In this document: one piece after another, positions 30,957 to 42,118 of the stretch
Layout of the letters: every line of letters starts with the position of its first letter
Numbering within the stretch: position 1 is the first letter of the stretch
NCBI GenBank assembly: GCA_964610055.1
Contig: CAZSUC010000001.1
Location: 287,994-351,993 of the forward strand
From: an uncultured Candidatus Saccharibacteria bacterium
GTDB lineage: Bacteria > Patescibacteriota > Andersenbacteria > UBA10190
DNA length: 64,000 nucleotides
Direction: 5' to 3'
Program-made: the position numbers and the translations under genes
The notes under the pieces: model-generated
Seen by the model: the letters and a program-made list of their open reading frames with translations, nothing else
The model's database searches: none
What the model was told of the DNA's origin: nothing

Positions 30957-31352
30957 ATGACCGTTCGTTTCTTTTTACTCATATCTTTTCTCGCCACTCT
31001 AATTGGAGCTGGTGCCTCGGCTTTAGTTATTACTTCTCTTGATCCTAATCAAGCCGGCCCTCTCGGTTTTATCCTGCTTTTCTTGAGCTTATTCGTTGCG
31101 ATTTCCGGTCTAACTTCTATTTTAGGCTATTTAATTCGTCGTTTACTTTTACCTCGCACCTTTGCCACTTATTTAGTTCGAACCTCTTTACGGCAAGGAT
31201 TGATTGTCAGTTTGTTTTTCTTAATCTTGCTTTTCTTACAATTATTACGTCTCTATCGCTGGTGGATTGCCATTATTCTGCTTGTCCTTTTACTCTCTCT
31301 TGAGTTAGTATTTTCAAGTTATGACCGCCCTCACTCCCAGAGATCTCATTAA
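30957..31352 (+). CDS. Four-TM hypothetical membrane protein (CPR conserved)
   Basis: DP...G, SLRQG and LLLQ motifs with four hydrophobic helices. Confidence 0.65.
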   Translation: MTVRFFLLISFLATLIGAGASALVITSLDPNQAGPLGFILLFLSLFVAISGLTSILGYLIRRLLLPRTFATYLVRTSLRQGLIVSLFFLILLFLQLLRLYRWWIAIILLVLLLSLELVFSSYDRPHSQRSH

Positions 31353-32349
31353 GCTGTCCGAGTCCGCTTTAGCCGAGCTTACCGCGCTTGCTACTGTCTC
31401 TGCTTGTGAAACTTGGCGTATTCACTATTTAGGTCGCAAAGGTCTTATCCCTTTAGCTTTAAGGCAAATTAAAGACGCTCCTGTTTCTGATCGCGCTGTC
31501 CTTGGTCAAACTGGCAACCAAGTTCGTCAGACTTTAGAGGATGCATTAGCCGCCAAGCTTGCCACTCTCCAGCCAACAGTATCGGCGTCATCATCTTCTG
31601 TTGTTCCAACAATCGGTCACCTGCATCCACTTTCTCTCTCAATCCGCCAACTTTACGCCACCTTATCTTCTCTAGGTTTTCAACCAGTTGAAGGCCCTCA
31701 AGCTGAAGAAGCTCGGTATAATTTTGATTATTTAAATATTCCCCTGGAACATCCCGCTCGTGCTGAAACAGATACTTTCTATTTATCCGATCCCAGTTTA
31801 GTATTGCGAACGCATACTTCACCTGTCCAAGTGCGAGCGGTGTTAGAGCAAAATCTTATTCCTCCTTTTCGCATTTGTTCACCTGGCCGGGTTTTCCGTT
31901 CCGAAAGCACTGACGCCAGTCACGAATCAACTTTTTATCAATTTGAAGGACTTGAAATTGGAACCGATATTTCCGTCTCTCACTTAAAAGGGGCAATCCA
32001 ATCTATTTATTCTCGTTTCTTTGGCACCGACGTTACCACTCGTTTACGAACTAGTTTTTTCCCGTTTGTTGAGCCTGGTTTTGAAGTTGATATTTCTTGT
32101 TTCTTTTGCCAGCAAAAAGGATGTCGGGTTTGCAAACAATCCGGTTGGATTGAGGTTATGGGTGCTGGTATTGTGCATCCCAATGTTCTCAAAAATATGA
32201 ACATTGATCCGACTCGATATCAAGGTTATGCCTTTGGCGGCGCTATTGATCGCATCGCTATGTTGCGCCACGGCATCAATGACATCCGTTTGCTTTGGCG
32301 TGGGGAATTCCAATTCCTCAAGCAGTTTTCTTCATTTCCGTCCTCATAA
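31321..32349 (+). CDS. pheS: Phenylalanine--tRNA ligase alpha
   Basis: HPAR..DTFY, LRTHTSPVQ, FPFVEP.FEVD, GWIEVMGAG.VHP. Confidence 0.97.
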   Translation: MTALTPRDLIKLSESALAELTALATVSACETWRIHYLGRKGLIPLALRQIKDAPVSDRAVLGQTGNQVRQTLEDALAAKLATLQPTVSASSSSVVPTIGHLHPLSLSIRQLYATLSSLGFQPVEGPQAEEARYNFDYLNIPLEHPARAETDTFYLSDPSLVLRTHTSPVQVRAVLEQNLIPPFRICSPGRVFRSESTDASHESTFYQFEGLEIGTDISVSHLKGAIQSIYSRFFGTDVTTRLRTSFFPFVEPGFEVDISCFFCQQKGCRVCKQSGWIEVMGAGIVHPNVLKNMNIDPTRYQGYAFGGAIDRIAMLRHGINDIRLLWRGEFQFLKQFSSFPSS

Positions 32350-32354
32350 AGTCT

Positions 32355-34754
32355 ATGCAAGTCTCCTATAATTGGCTCAAATCATTTCTTCCTGATCTTG
32401 GCTTGTCACCCGTTGAGTTGTCGCGTTTGCTCAACGAAAGAAGTTTTGAAATGGAAATTATCGGCACCATTGCTCTTGATGCCAATATTAAAGTTGTCCA
32501 AATCACTGCCTTAAATCCACATCCTCATGCTGACCGTCTGCGCCTCGCGACTATTATTGATGGCGCAACCGAAATTACAGTTGTTTGTGGTGCTCCTAAT
32601 ATTCAAGTTGGCGATGTCGTTCCGTATGCTCCGCCCGGCAGTCGTGTTTTAGATGAAAATGGTCAACCTTTTGCTTTGCGAGTTGCCACTATCCGCGGTA
32701 TTGAAAGTCCAGGTATGCTCACGTCTCCTCGTGAACTTGGCTTAGGGCCTTCGCATACCGGTATTTTTATTCTGCCGTCTGACTCTCCACTCGGAACGTC
32801 TTTACGTCAGCATCTTCCTGACGATACTCTCTTTGAAGCTGATGTTACGCCTAATCGTGCGCATGATTGTATGGGTCATCTCGGCATTGCCCAAGAAATT
32901 GCTGCTTTATTAAATTTGTCTCTCGCGTCCATTAATGTCCCCACTTTACCAGAGACACAATTACCTGATTGGAGAGTTCAAATTGAAGACGCCTCACATT
33001 GTTCTTGGTATTGGGGTGCTCTTCTCGAAAACATTACGATTACTGCCTCGCCTTTATGGCTTCAAGCTCGCTTGCTTTCGGCTGGTATTCGTCCGATTAA
33101 TAACGTCGTTGACTGTTCTAATTATGTCATGTTAGAAACCGGGCACCCGACTCATGCTTTCGATGCTGATCGTTTGCCTGGCCGTGATATTACTATTCGT
33201 TTTGCTCGCCCTCATGAAATTATTACGACTCTGGATGATGTTGCTCGCTCTCTTACTCCTCAAAACTTAGTAATTACTAGCGCGGATACTCCAGTTGCCA
33301 TTGCCGGTGTGATGGGGGGCAAAGACACTGAGGTCACATCTTCCACAAAACGTCTCTTTTTAGAAGTCGCCCATTTTTCCGGTTACACTATCCAGCAATC
33401 AGCCGCTGAACTAAAACTGCATACTGATAGTTCTTTGCGTTTCCGCCGGGAAGTGCCCCCAGCTACTATTCCGGCCGCGGCTGCGCGTTTCGTTCAGCTG
33501 CTTTCCGAAACCGCTCACACTGATTTTATTGGTGCCGTTTCGCATCACGTTGAAACACATTCCTCTCGTGTTATTAAATTCCGTCCCGCTCAAGTTACCG
33601 CTATCGCTGGAGCCAAATATTCTCTTGCTGAAACCAAAACCGCTCTGGAGCGCCTACGCTGCACTGTCACTCATGCATCTGATGACATTTGGTCAGTTAC
33701 TCCGCCTGTCGATCGCCTCGACCTTATTTTAGAAAACGATTTAGTTGAAGAAGTAATTCGTCTTTATGGCTTTGATCGCATTTCAGCTATTACTCCGGTT
33801 ACTCCTCATCCAGTCTCTCTACCTACACCTCTCTTATGGGAAGAAACCATGCGCGATTTAGCTGCCAATTTTGGCGCTACCGAAGCATTTAATTATTCTT
33901 TTGGCGATACTCAATTTAACTCCTTAGTAAAATATCCTGAATCTAATACTCCTCGCGTTAAAATTGCCAATCCACCTACTCCTCAACAAACCTATTTACG
34001 CACTGAACTCTTACCGCAGCTCTTAGCCGGACTTTTAGTTAATAAAGCTGTCTTACGTCAAAAGACCTCCTCCCCAGAACGATCTCTGTTCGAAATTGGT
34101 TCTGTTTTTGCCGCTCAAGATTCTGGTCGTGTTCCTGGCATCACCGAAACCAAGCACTTTGGTTTAGTTGCTGCTGGTGCATCCGCTAATCTCGACTATC
34201 TCCGATCTTTATTAGATCAAATTTTCCAAATTATGGGATTAACTGGAGTTGCTTTTACTGAGGACTCTCATGCAAATCATGAATTTTGGTCCACCGATGC
34301 TCGTCTCTTAATCTTCAGCGGAGAAAATATTGGCTTTATCGGATCACTATCTTCTCGTTCTCTAGTCTCTCAAAAGTTACAACAACCAGTCGCTTGTTTA
34401 GAGTTGAATTTATCCGCTTTAATTCCGCATGCCACTCTTTCTCCCGACTATACTCCAGTTCTTGATCATAACGCCGTTCAGTACGAAGCCCCGAGCAAAT
34501 ATCCTGCCGTTTTTCGCGACCTGTCTTTACAAACTAATGGTCATATCTCGGCCGACACAATTCAAGCTACTATCGAGCGTCTTGGCGGCACCAATTTAAA
34601 AGACACGGAACTTTTTGACACCTATCAAGACAGTTTTTCTTTTCATCTGACTTTTGTTGCTCATGACCACACTCTGACTGATACCGAAGCTGATCAGCTC
34701 TTGCGTGTTATTAGCGACGGACTTAGTAAGGAGCTAGATTTAGAAATCAGGTAA
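32355..34754 (+). CDS. pheT: Phenylalanine--tRNA ligase beta
   Basis: HP.ADRL, VCGAPN, TPNR, NNVVD..NYVMLETGHP, R.DL..E.DLVEEVIR, FDX-ACB tail. Confidence 0.95.
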   Translation: MQVSYNWLKSFLPDLGLSPVELSRLLNERSFEMEIIGTIALDANIKVVQITALNPHPHADRLRLATIIDGATEITVVCGAPNIQVGDVVPYAPPGSRVLDENGQPFALRVATIRGIESPGMLTSPRELGLGPSHTGIFILPSDSPLGTSLRQHLPDDTLFEADVTPNRAHDCMGHLGIAQEIAALLNLSLASINVPTLPETQLPDWRVQIEDASHCSWYWGALLENITITASPLWLQARLLSAGIRPINNVVDCSNYVMLETGHPTHAFDADRLPGRDITIRFARPHEIITTLDDVARSLTPQNLVITSADTPVAIAGVMGGKDTEVTSSTKRLFLEVAHFSGYTIQQSAAELKLHTDSSLRFRREVPPATIPAAAARFVQLLSETAHTDFIGAVSHHVETHSSRVIKFRPAQVTAIAGAKYSLAETKTALERLRCTVTHASDDIWSVTPPVDRLDLILENDLVEEVIRLYGFDRISAITPVTPHPVSLPTPLLWEETMRDLAANFGATEAFNYSFGDTQFNSLVKYPESNTPRVKIANPPTPQQTYLRTELLPQLLAGLLVNKAVLRQKTSSPERSLFEIGSVFAAQDSGRVPGITETKHFGLVAAGASANLDYLRSLLDQIFQIMGLTGVAFTEDSHANHEFWSTDARLLIFSGENIGFIGSLSSRSLVSQKLQQPVACLELNLSALIPHATLSPDYTPVLDHNAVQYEAPSKYPAVFRDLSLQTNGHISADTIQATIERLGGTNLKDTELFDTYQDSFSFHLTFVAHDHTLTDTEADQLLRVISDGLSKELDLEIR

Positions 34755-34809
34755 AAAGCCCTGTTTTTCTCCGAAAAAACCTGTTATGATAAACTGTCAT
34801 TACTACTAA

Positions 34810-36768
<1,959 letters not shown>

Positions 36769-36816
36769 CTTAATAAGACACTAGCAACATCACTCTGTCC
36801 GGGCTTTTCGTTATAT

Positions 36817-36845
36817 TTGCTGTAAAAAATATATCTTGCTAAGTT
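36817..36845 (+). promoter_or_regulatory. Candidate promoter of the structured ncRNA
   Basis: TTGCTG-N17-(TGc)TAAGTT, an extended -10. Confidence 0.5.
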
Positions 36846-36867
36846 AAATATACAAACTTGCTCCTTG

Positions 36868-37251
36868 AAAAAAAGAGACGGATTTATCCAAGAAAGAAAA
36901 ACTCGATTCCGGACCACAAAAAAGGGGATAGGTCTCGGATCAGCCCAAACCATGTCTCACGGAGGCATGGGGTTATAGGTCTGCCAGAGTGAAGTTACAA
37001 AGCTAAGCGCAAGGTGAAGATTACCACAGAGAGTGCAAAAGTCTCGTATCCTTCGCGCAAAGCCTTCTTGGCCGTACCTGAGTAGATTGGACACTTCCAA
37101 TCCAGTCGAAATCACTTGTTCGCATGCTTTAGGCTAAACTTAAGCTCTTTTGAGCGTAGGTATGCAGAAGAGAATACCCTCTCAGAGGAACCCCTTCTCA
37201 AGCCCGCATGAAAAACAAGTAAGGCTAAAGGTCCCCACCGTCTCTTTTTTT
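36868..37251 (+). ncRNA. Large structured non-coding RNA of unknown class (~385 nt)
   Basis: 14-bp terminal helix AAAAAAAGAGACGG/CCGTCTCTTTTTTT enclosing at least 8 nested helices and a crossing pairing; A-rich loops on the + strand; no credible ORF. Confidence 0.75.
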
Positions 37252-37258
37252 GTACGTC

Positions 37259-37284
37259 GCGGCTTCACCATGAAGCCGCTTTTT
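37259..37284 (+). terminator. Intrinsic terminator closing the ncRNA
   Basis: GCGGCTTCA-cca-TGAAGCCGC-TTTTT. Confidence 0.85.
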
Positions 37285-37288
37285 AAAC

Positions 37289-37317
37289 TTGCTTTATTTC
37301 TTCTCTTGGTGTACCAT
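37289..37317 (+). promoter_or_regulatory. Promoter of secE-nusG-rplK-rplA
   Basis: TTGCTT-N17-TACCAT. Confidence 0.55.
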
Positions 37318-37367
37318 TTTACTAGTAGCCCGTGGGGGCTATTTTTAAGACAAGAAAACAAACGATT

Positions 37368-37601
37368 ATGGCTGCCAAAATCCCGAAAAAAAGCCTAATT
37401 ACCCAGATATTTAACCTTCCAAGCGGCTTATTAACTTTTATTAAACAAGCTCGAGAAGAGCTGAAAAAAGTTCAATGGCCCACTCGAGAAGTTACTACGC
37501 AGTACACCATTGTCGTTATTTTCTCAAGCATAGTCGTAGGCGCATTTGTTGGCGGTGTCGACTATTTGCTCATGCGTCTCCTTGAAACCATAATTATCTA
37601 A
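37368..37601 (+). CDS. secE: Preprotein translocase SecE
   Basis: EELKKVQWPT plus TM; upstream of nusG. Confidence 0.92.
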   Translation: MAAKIPKKSLITQIFNLPSGLLTFIKQAREELKKVQWPTREVTTQYTIVVIFSSIVVGAFVGGVDYLLMRLLETIII

Positions 37602-37611
37602 TCTTAAATAT

Positions 37612-38166
37612 ATGGCTCCAGAGCCTACCTCAACTAGCAATAATGGATCATGGTACGTACTTCACACGTATTCTGGTTATGAGGATAACGTCGCTCGTAA
37701 CTTACGTCAGCGTATTGAGTCCATGGGTATGGAAGAAAAAATCTTCCAAGTTATCGTGCCGCGTGAAAAGAAAATTCGCGTCAAAAATGGTAAACGCAAA
37801 GTTATTGAAGAGCGCCTATTTCCCGGTTACGTTTTAGTTCAAATGATTGTTACTGAAGATTCTTGGTATGTTGTTCGCAATACGCCTAATGTAACTGGTT
37901 TCGTCGGTTCTGGTACCACCCCAACTCCAATTTCAGAAGAAGAGGTTAGTCGCTTGCTTAAGCGTATGGGTGAAGACGAACCGAAATACAAGATTGATGT
38001 TAAAGAAGGCGATTCAGTTAAAATCATGGATGGTCCGTTTAAAGACTTTGAAGGTAAGATCTCCGAAAGCAATGAAGCCAAAGGTACTGTTAAGGTTCTG
38101 GTTAATGTCTTCGGTCGTGAAACCCCAGTCGAACTTGACTATTTACAAATAAAGAAGGAAATTTAA
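37612..38166 (+). CDS. nusG: Transcription factor NusG
   Basis: [42 protein letters not shown]. Confidence 0.98.
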   Translation: MAPEPTSTSNNGSWYVLHTYSGYEDNVARNLRQRIESMGMEEKIFQVIVPREKKIRVKNGKRKVIEERLFPGYVLVQMIVTEDSWYVVRNTPNVTGFVGSGTTPTPISEEEVSRLLKRMGEDEPKYKIDVKEGDSVKIMDGPFKDFEGKISESNEAKGTVKVLVNVFGRETPVELDYLQIKKEI

Positions 38167-38182
38167 TCAATTACTTACTCAC

Positions 38183-38602
38183 ATGCCCGCAATACTCACC
38201 AAACTGAAATTACAAGCCCCTGGCGGAAAAGCAACGCCTGCGCCTCCTATTGGTCCTGCTTTAGGTCAGCACGGAGTTAATATTCAGGAATTTGTCACTC
38301 GTTTTAACGACATGACCAAGGATATGATGGGGGACATCATTCCGGTCGAAGTTACTATTTATGATGACCGGAGCATGGATCTGGTTTTAAAGACCCCGCC
38401 TGCTGCCGAATTATTAAAAAAAGCTGCTGGTCTCAGCAAGGGCTCTAGCAAACCTAACACGGATAAAGTTGGTACTGTTACGCAGGCTCAGATTAAAGAA
38501 ATTGCCGAACGGAAGATGGAAGACTTGTCTGCGCGTGACATTGATGCGGCTGTCAAAATAATTTCTGGCACCGCTCGTTCTATGGGAATTAACATTGAAT
38601 AG
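38183..38602 (+). CDS. rplK: 50S ribosomal protein L11
   Basis: [25 protein letters not shown]. Confidence 0.98.
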   Translation: MPAILTKLKLQAPGGKATPAPPIGPALGQHGVNIQEFVTRFNDMTKDMMGDIIPVEVTIYDDRSMDLVLKTPPAAELLKKAAGLSKGSSKPNTDKVGTVTQAQIKEIAERKMEDLSARDIDAAVKIISGTARSMGINIE

Positions 38603-38606
38603 TTTT

Positions 38607-39287
38607 ATGTCTGGTAAACTCATGAAAAAAATAAAAGAGAAGTTATCCGCTGGTCCACACGACCTAGCCGCCGCTGTTGCTTTCTTGCAGGAAAACAAGC
38701 GTTCTTCTTTTAACGAAACAATCGAGCTGCACGTTCATTTAGGTATTAATCCTACCAAATCTGACCAAATGGTCCGTGGTAGTGTTGTTTTACCGGCTGG
38801 CGCTCCTAAGCAAAAGCGTATCGCCGTTTTTACTAACGACACTACTGTGGGCAAAGCTGCTCAAAAAGCTGGCGCCGCGCTTGTCGGCGGAGACGAATTA
38901 ATTGAACAAGTTGCGACCGAAAACAAATTAGATGCCGATATTACTATTGCCACCCCTGACATGATGCCAAAAATCGCAAAAGTTGCTCGCATTCTTGGTC
39001 CCCAGGGCTTAATGCCAAACCCAAAGACTGGCACTGTCACACCTGATCCTGCTAAGGCCGTTCAAGAACTTTCCAGTGGTAAGCTATCTTTCAAGATGGA
39101 TCAACAAGGCAACATTCATGAATCAATTGGGAAAGCCGATTGGGAAGCTAAAAAAATCATTGCTAACGCCCAAGCTCTCTTAGACGCGATTCGCCAAAAT
39201 CGTCCCGCGGCTGCCAAAGGGGAACTAATTAAGCGCGTGACTATTTCCAGTACCATGGGTCCTGGAATTAAGATCACCCTTTCCTAA
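38607..39287 (+). CDS. rplA: 50S ribosomal protein L1
   Basis: F.ETIEL, DQ.VRG.V.LP, LGP.GLMPNPK.GTV, STMGPG. Confidence 0.97.
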   Translation: MSGKLMKKIKEKLSAGPHDLAAAVAFLQENKRSSFNETIELHVHLGINPTKSDQMVRGSVVLPAGAPKQKRIAVFTNDTTVGKAAQKAGAALVGGDELIEQVATENKLDADITIATPDMMPKIAKVARILGPQGLMPNPKTGTVTPDPAKAVQELSSGKLSFKMDQQGNIHESIGKADWEAKKIIANAQALLDAIRQNRPAAAKGELIKRVTISSTMGPGIKITLS

Positions 39288-39305
39288 TTATACTTGCGCT
39301 GTCCG

Positions 39306-40025
39306 ATGGCTCCTGCTCTCGGTAACGAATCTCAGCGTGGTCTTCTGATTGCCTTTGATGGCATTGATAGCTCTGGCAAAGAGACTCAGTCTAGGTTATT
39401 AGTTGAGCGCTTGCGTTATCAAGGGCATAAAGTGCATCAATTCACTACGCCCGATTACAGTACTGCGACCGGACAAGAGATAAAACAGCGTTTACAAAAT
39501 AAACTTGGATGCTGGGAAGATACTCCTTGGCATGAAAAAATGGATCTTTTTGCTCGTAACCGTGCCGAACATCGTGATGAAGTCGTTTCTGCTTTAATGG
39601 CTAACGAGATAGTTATCTACGATCGCTATGTTCCCTCTAGTTTAGCTTTTTTTACCATTGATGCCTTGCTGCCCCAGGAAGTTGATCTGAAACGTTCTGA
39701 AATTCAAAATCAAATCTCTCAAACAGAATATCAGCAGTATGATATGCCGTCTGAGAATATTTCTATTTTTTTGGACTTATCTCCGCGGGAAGCCGACCAA
39801 CTATTGCATGTTCGTAAATCTACTAATCAGGATGCCGACGAGGTAACTGATCAATTAAATATTCAAGAACGGCTTTACAACGAATATGACGTTTTATGCA
39901 CTCAAAATCCGACCAAATTCTTACGGGTAAAATGTGTGTCTGGTAATCAACTCTTAAGTATCGAAGCAATCTCTGAGCTTATTTGGGCGGGTCTGCTCGC
40001 ACGTTTTCCCCAGCTTCACATTTGA
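39306..40025 (+). CDS. tmk: Thymidylate kinase (copy 1)
   Basis: FDGIDSSGKETQ P-loop, DRY..S, FLD. Confidence 0.8.
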   Translation: MAPALGNESQRGLLIAFDGIDSSGKETQSRLLVERLRYQGHKVHQFTTPDYSTATGQEIKQRLQNKLGCWEDTPWHEKMDLFARNRAEHRDEVVSALMANEIVIYDRYVPSSLAFFTIDALLPQEVDLKRSEIQNQISQTEYQQYDMPSENISIFLDLSPREADQLLHVRKSTNQDADEVTDQLNIQERLYNEYDVLCTQNPTKFLRVKCVSGNQLLSIEAISELIWAGLLARFPQLHI

Positions 40026-40049
40026 AAATATCATAGGTATCATTACTTG

Positions 40050-40745
40050 ATGCCTAAAAAACAATCCACAACTAAATCTATTTCAAATCCGTTCATCGTT
40101 ATTGAAGCGCTTGATGCTGGCGGCAGCCAAACGCAAACCAATCTTCTTGTGCGTCATTTCCGGCAGGCAAAATATCAGGTTCTACCTCTCCATTTTCCGC
40201 AAGAAGATCGTTTAACCGGTCGGGTAGTTTACGATAAATTCTTACATCGCCATAATGACCAGGCTTTTACTCGTCGCGAACAAGCTTTGCTCTACATTAT
40301 GGATTTTTATTCCCGTGCCGAAGATATTACCCAGGTTAAACAACAGAAACGAGGAAAACACGCCGTCATTACTGATCGCTTTTGCACTAGCACCTTTGCC
40401 TATCAAACGCTTGGTTTAACCGGCAAAACTTGGGATAAAACCCTCGCTTGGCTGGAATGGATGTGTTATGCCGATCAGCCTGCTTTACCACGACCAGATC
40501 TGATTATTTTTATTGATACTCCGGTCGCTATTACCCTTGATCGCTTAGCCGCTAAAAAAACCGATTATTTCGAAAACAAAAAGAAACTTGAAGGTATTCG
40601 GCGCAATTATCTAAAAGTCGCCGCCCAACAAAATTGGCACCTTGTTAGTGGTGTCACTAGTGATGGCCGTGAACGAACTCGTCCGGATATTGCTCGTGAA
40701 ATTTGGCAGATTGTCGCAGACCAACTACACTTACCGCATGCGTAA
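40050..40745 (+). CDS. Thymidylate-kinase-like protein (copy 2, degenerate P-loop)
   Basis: IEALDAGGSQTQ, FP, DRF..ST.AYQ, PDLIIFID. Confidence 0.75.
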   Translation: MPKKQSTTKSISNPFIVIEALDAGGSQTQTNLLVRHFRQAKYQVLPLHFPQEDRLTGRVVYDKFLHRHNDQAFTRREQALLYIMDFYSRAEDITQVKQQKRGKHAVITDRFCTSTFAYQTLGLTGKTWDKTLAWLEWMCYADQPALPRPDLIIFIDTPVAITLDRLAAKKTDYFENKKKLEGIRRNYLKVAAQQNWHLVSGVTSDGRERTRPDIAREIWQIVADQLHLPHA

Positions 40746-41109
40746 AAAAAATTGGTTCGTCTCTCATCCTTCTAGCGGAGCCGATAACGCTCCCACTTTC
40801 TTTAGTGCCCTCCATCAATTTGCCGCTGTCTCTGGCAAGGTGACTTTAAACTGGCCGCCCGAACTCGCAGAATCAGCCGACATTCGTTTAACCGAAATGA
40901 AGAACTCTGATCTTGTTATTGCTGAAGTCTCCATCGCTTCCACTGGCACCGGTATTGATCTTGGTTGGGCCCATGCCAATCAAAAACCAATCATTGCTTT
41001 TCATCAAGGCACTAGTCCGATTTCGCCTTCTGTTCCGCCTATCGCTTCAGCTATTCACATTTACATTACCGAAAACGACATCATCAAGGTTTTAGAAACG
41101 CTTGTCTAA
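40738..41109 (+). CDS. Nucleoside 2-deoxyribosyltransferase/DNPH1-like protein
   Basis: SDLVIAEVS..STGTGIDLGWA...KPII. Confidence 0.7.
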   Translation: MRKKNWFVSHPSSGADNAPTFFSALHQFAAVSGKVTLNWPPELAESADIRLTEMKNSDLVIAEVSIASTGTGIDLGWAHANQKPIIAFHQGTSPISPSVPPIASAIHIYITENDIIKVLETLV

Positions 41110-41111
41110 AC

Positions 41112-41534
41112 CTATCTGCCCGAGCTTCCAAAAGCTTTCGCTCCTCGTTTACTGTCTGCTAATTTTTTAACTTCTTTTATTTGTGCCGACTCAAATTTCT
41201 GTAAAATGCATTGCACGATCTTATCGCCTGACTGTATTTTGACCGGTTTTTTTGTTGTGTTTAACAGGACAACCTTCCATTCCCCCCGGTACCCTGAATC
41301 AATCACTCCCGCTAACCGATGAATTCCTTTGCTTCCTAATCCCGATCGATCCCATAACAACGCCACGTAACCTTTTGCAAACTCCGCCGCAATTCCTGTG
41401 CTAAAAGCATAAACCTCTCCTGGTTTTAACGTGTGTGTCTCGTTCGTAAAAATATCTATTCCAGCGTCGCTCCGATTTTCTTTTTGTGGTAACACCGCAT
41501 TTTCTGCTAATTTTTTGACTTTGAATTGGATCAT
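41112..41534 (-). CDS. dut: dUTPase
   Basis: AGID, DRSG, GVIDSGYRGE, RG..FGSSG. Confidence 0.95.
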   Translation of the reverse strand: MIQFKVKKLAENAVLPQKENRSDAGIDIFTNETHTLKPGEVYAFSTGIAAEFAKGYVALLWDRSGLGSKGIHRLAGVIDSGYRGEWKVVLLNTTKKPVKIQSGDKIVQCILQKFESAQIKEVKKLADSKRGAKAFGSSGR

Positions 41535-41540
41535 AATTAT

Positions 41541-42116
41541 TTATTTATATTTATCTACTCCCGACGCACTTGCTCTTGTACCTTTTTGTCCGTGATATTT
41601 AGCGCCTGGTTTTAAATAATAAGGTTGCTCAGCAGGGGATGATAATGGTTCAAACATTAACTGGCAAATTCGCATTTTCGGATGCAATAAAATCGGCACC
41701 ATGCCAATGTTTCGTAACTCAAGCGTTAAAGCGCCCCGCCAACCCGCATCAATGTGACTTGCCGTAGAATGAATCACCAACCCTAACCGCCCTAAACTTG
41801 AGCGTCCTTCAATTCTCGCGGCCAGATCATTCGACCATTCCACCCACTCTAATGTTGAGCCCAGCACAAACTCGTTTGGATGGATTACATACGGTTCATT
41901 CTTGCTGATGACTACTTCTTCGGTCATACCGTCAGTTGTGGTTGGATCTAATGGATCTACAAAAGGCTGCTTGCGGTGCTTAAATACCAAGAAATGATAC
42001 CCTAAATGCAAATCCAAACTACTTGAACCTAATTGAGTCTTAAAATCAGGTTTTGGCTTCACTACAATTCGTTTTTCCGCTATCGCTTTTTTAATATCTC
42101 GATCTGATAAAATCAT
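41541..42116 (-). CDS. dcd: dCTP deaminase
   Basis: MILSD, SLDL.LG, EGRSSLGRLG, ID.GW.G.LTLE, KY.GQ. Confidence 0.95.
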   Translation of the reverse strand: MILSDRDIKKAIAEKRIVVKPKPDFKTQLGSSSLDLHLGYHFLVFKHRKQPFVDPLDPTTTDGMTEEVVISKNEPYVIHPNEFVLGSTLEWVEWSNDLAARIEGRSSLGRLGLVIHSTASHIDAGWRGALTLELRNIGMVPILLHPKMRICQLMFEPLSSPAEQPYYLKPGAKYHGQKGTRASASGVDKYK

Positions 42117-42118
42117 AA

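Noticed and set aside
36868-37251. RNase P RNA, tmRNA, self-splicing intron or T-box as the identity of the structured RNA
   Set aside because: No GAGGAAAGUCC/AACAGAA P4 strands, no tRNA-like ends with a TPsiC arm, no interrupted host gene or domain V, and no T-box motif. Judged by eye, so cmscan is still needed.
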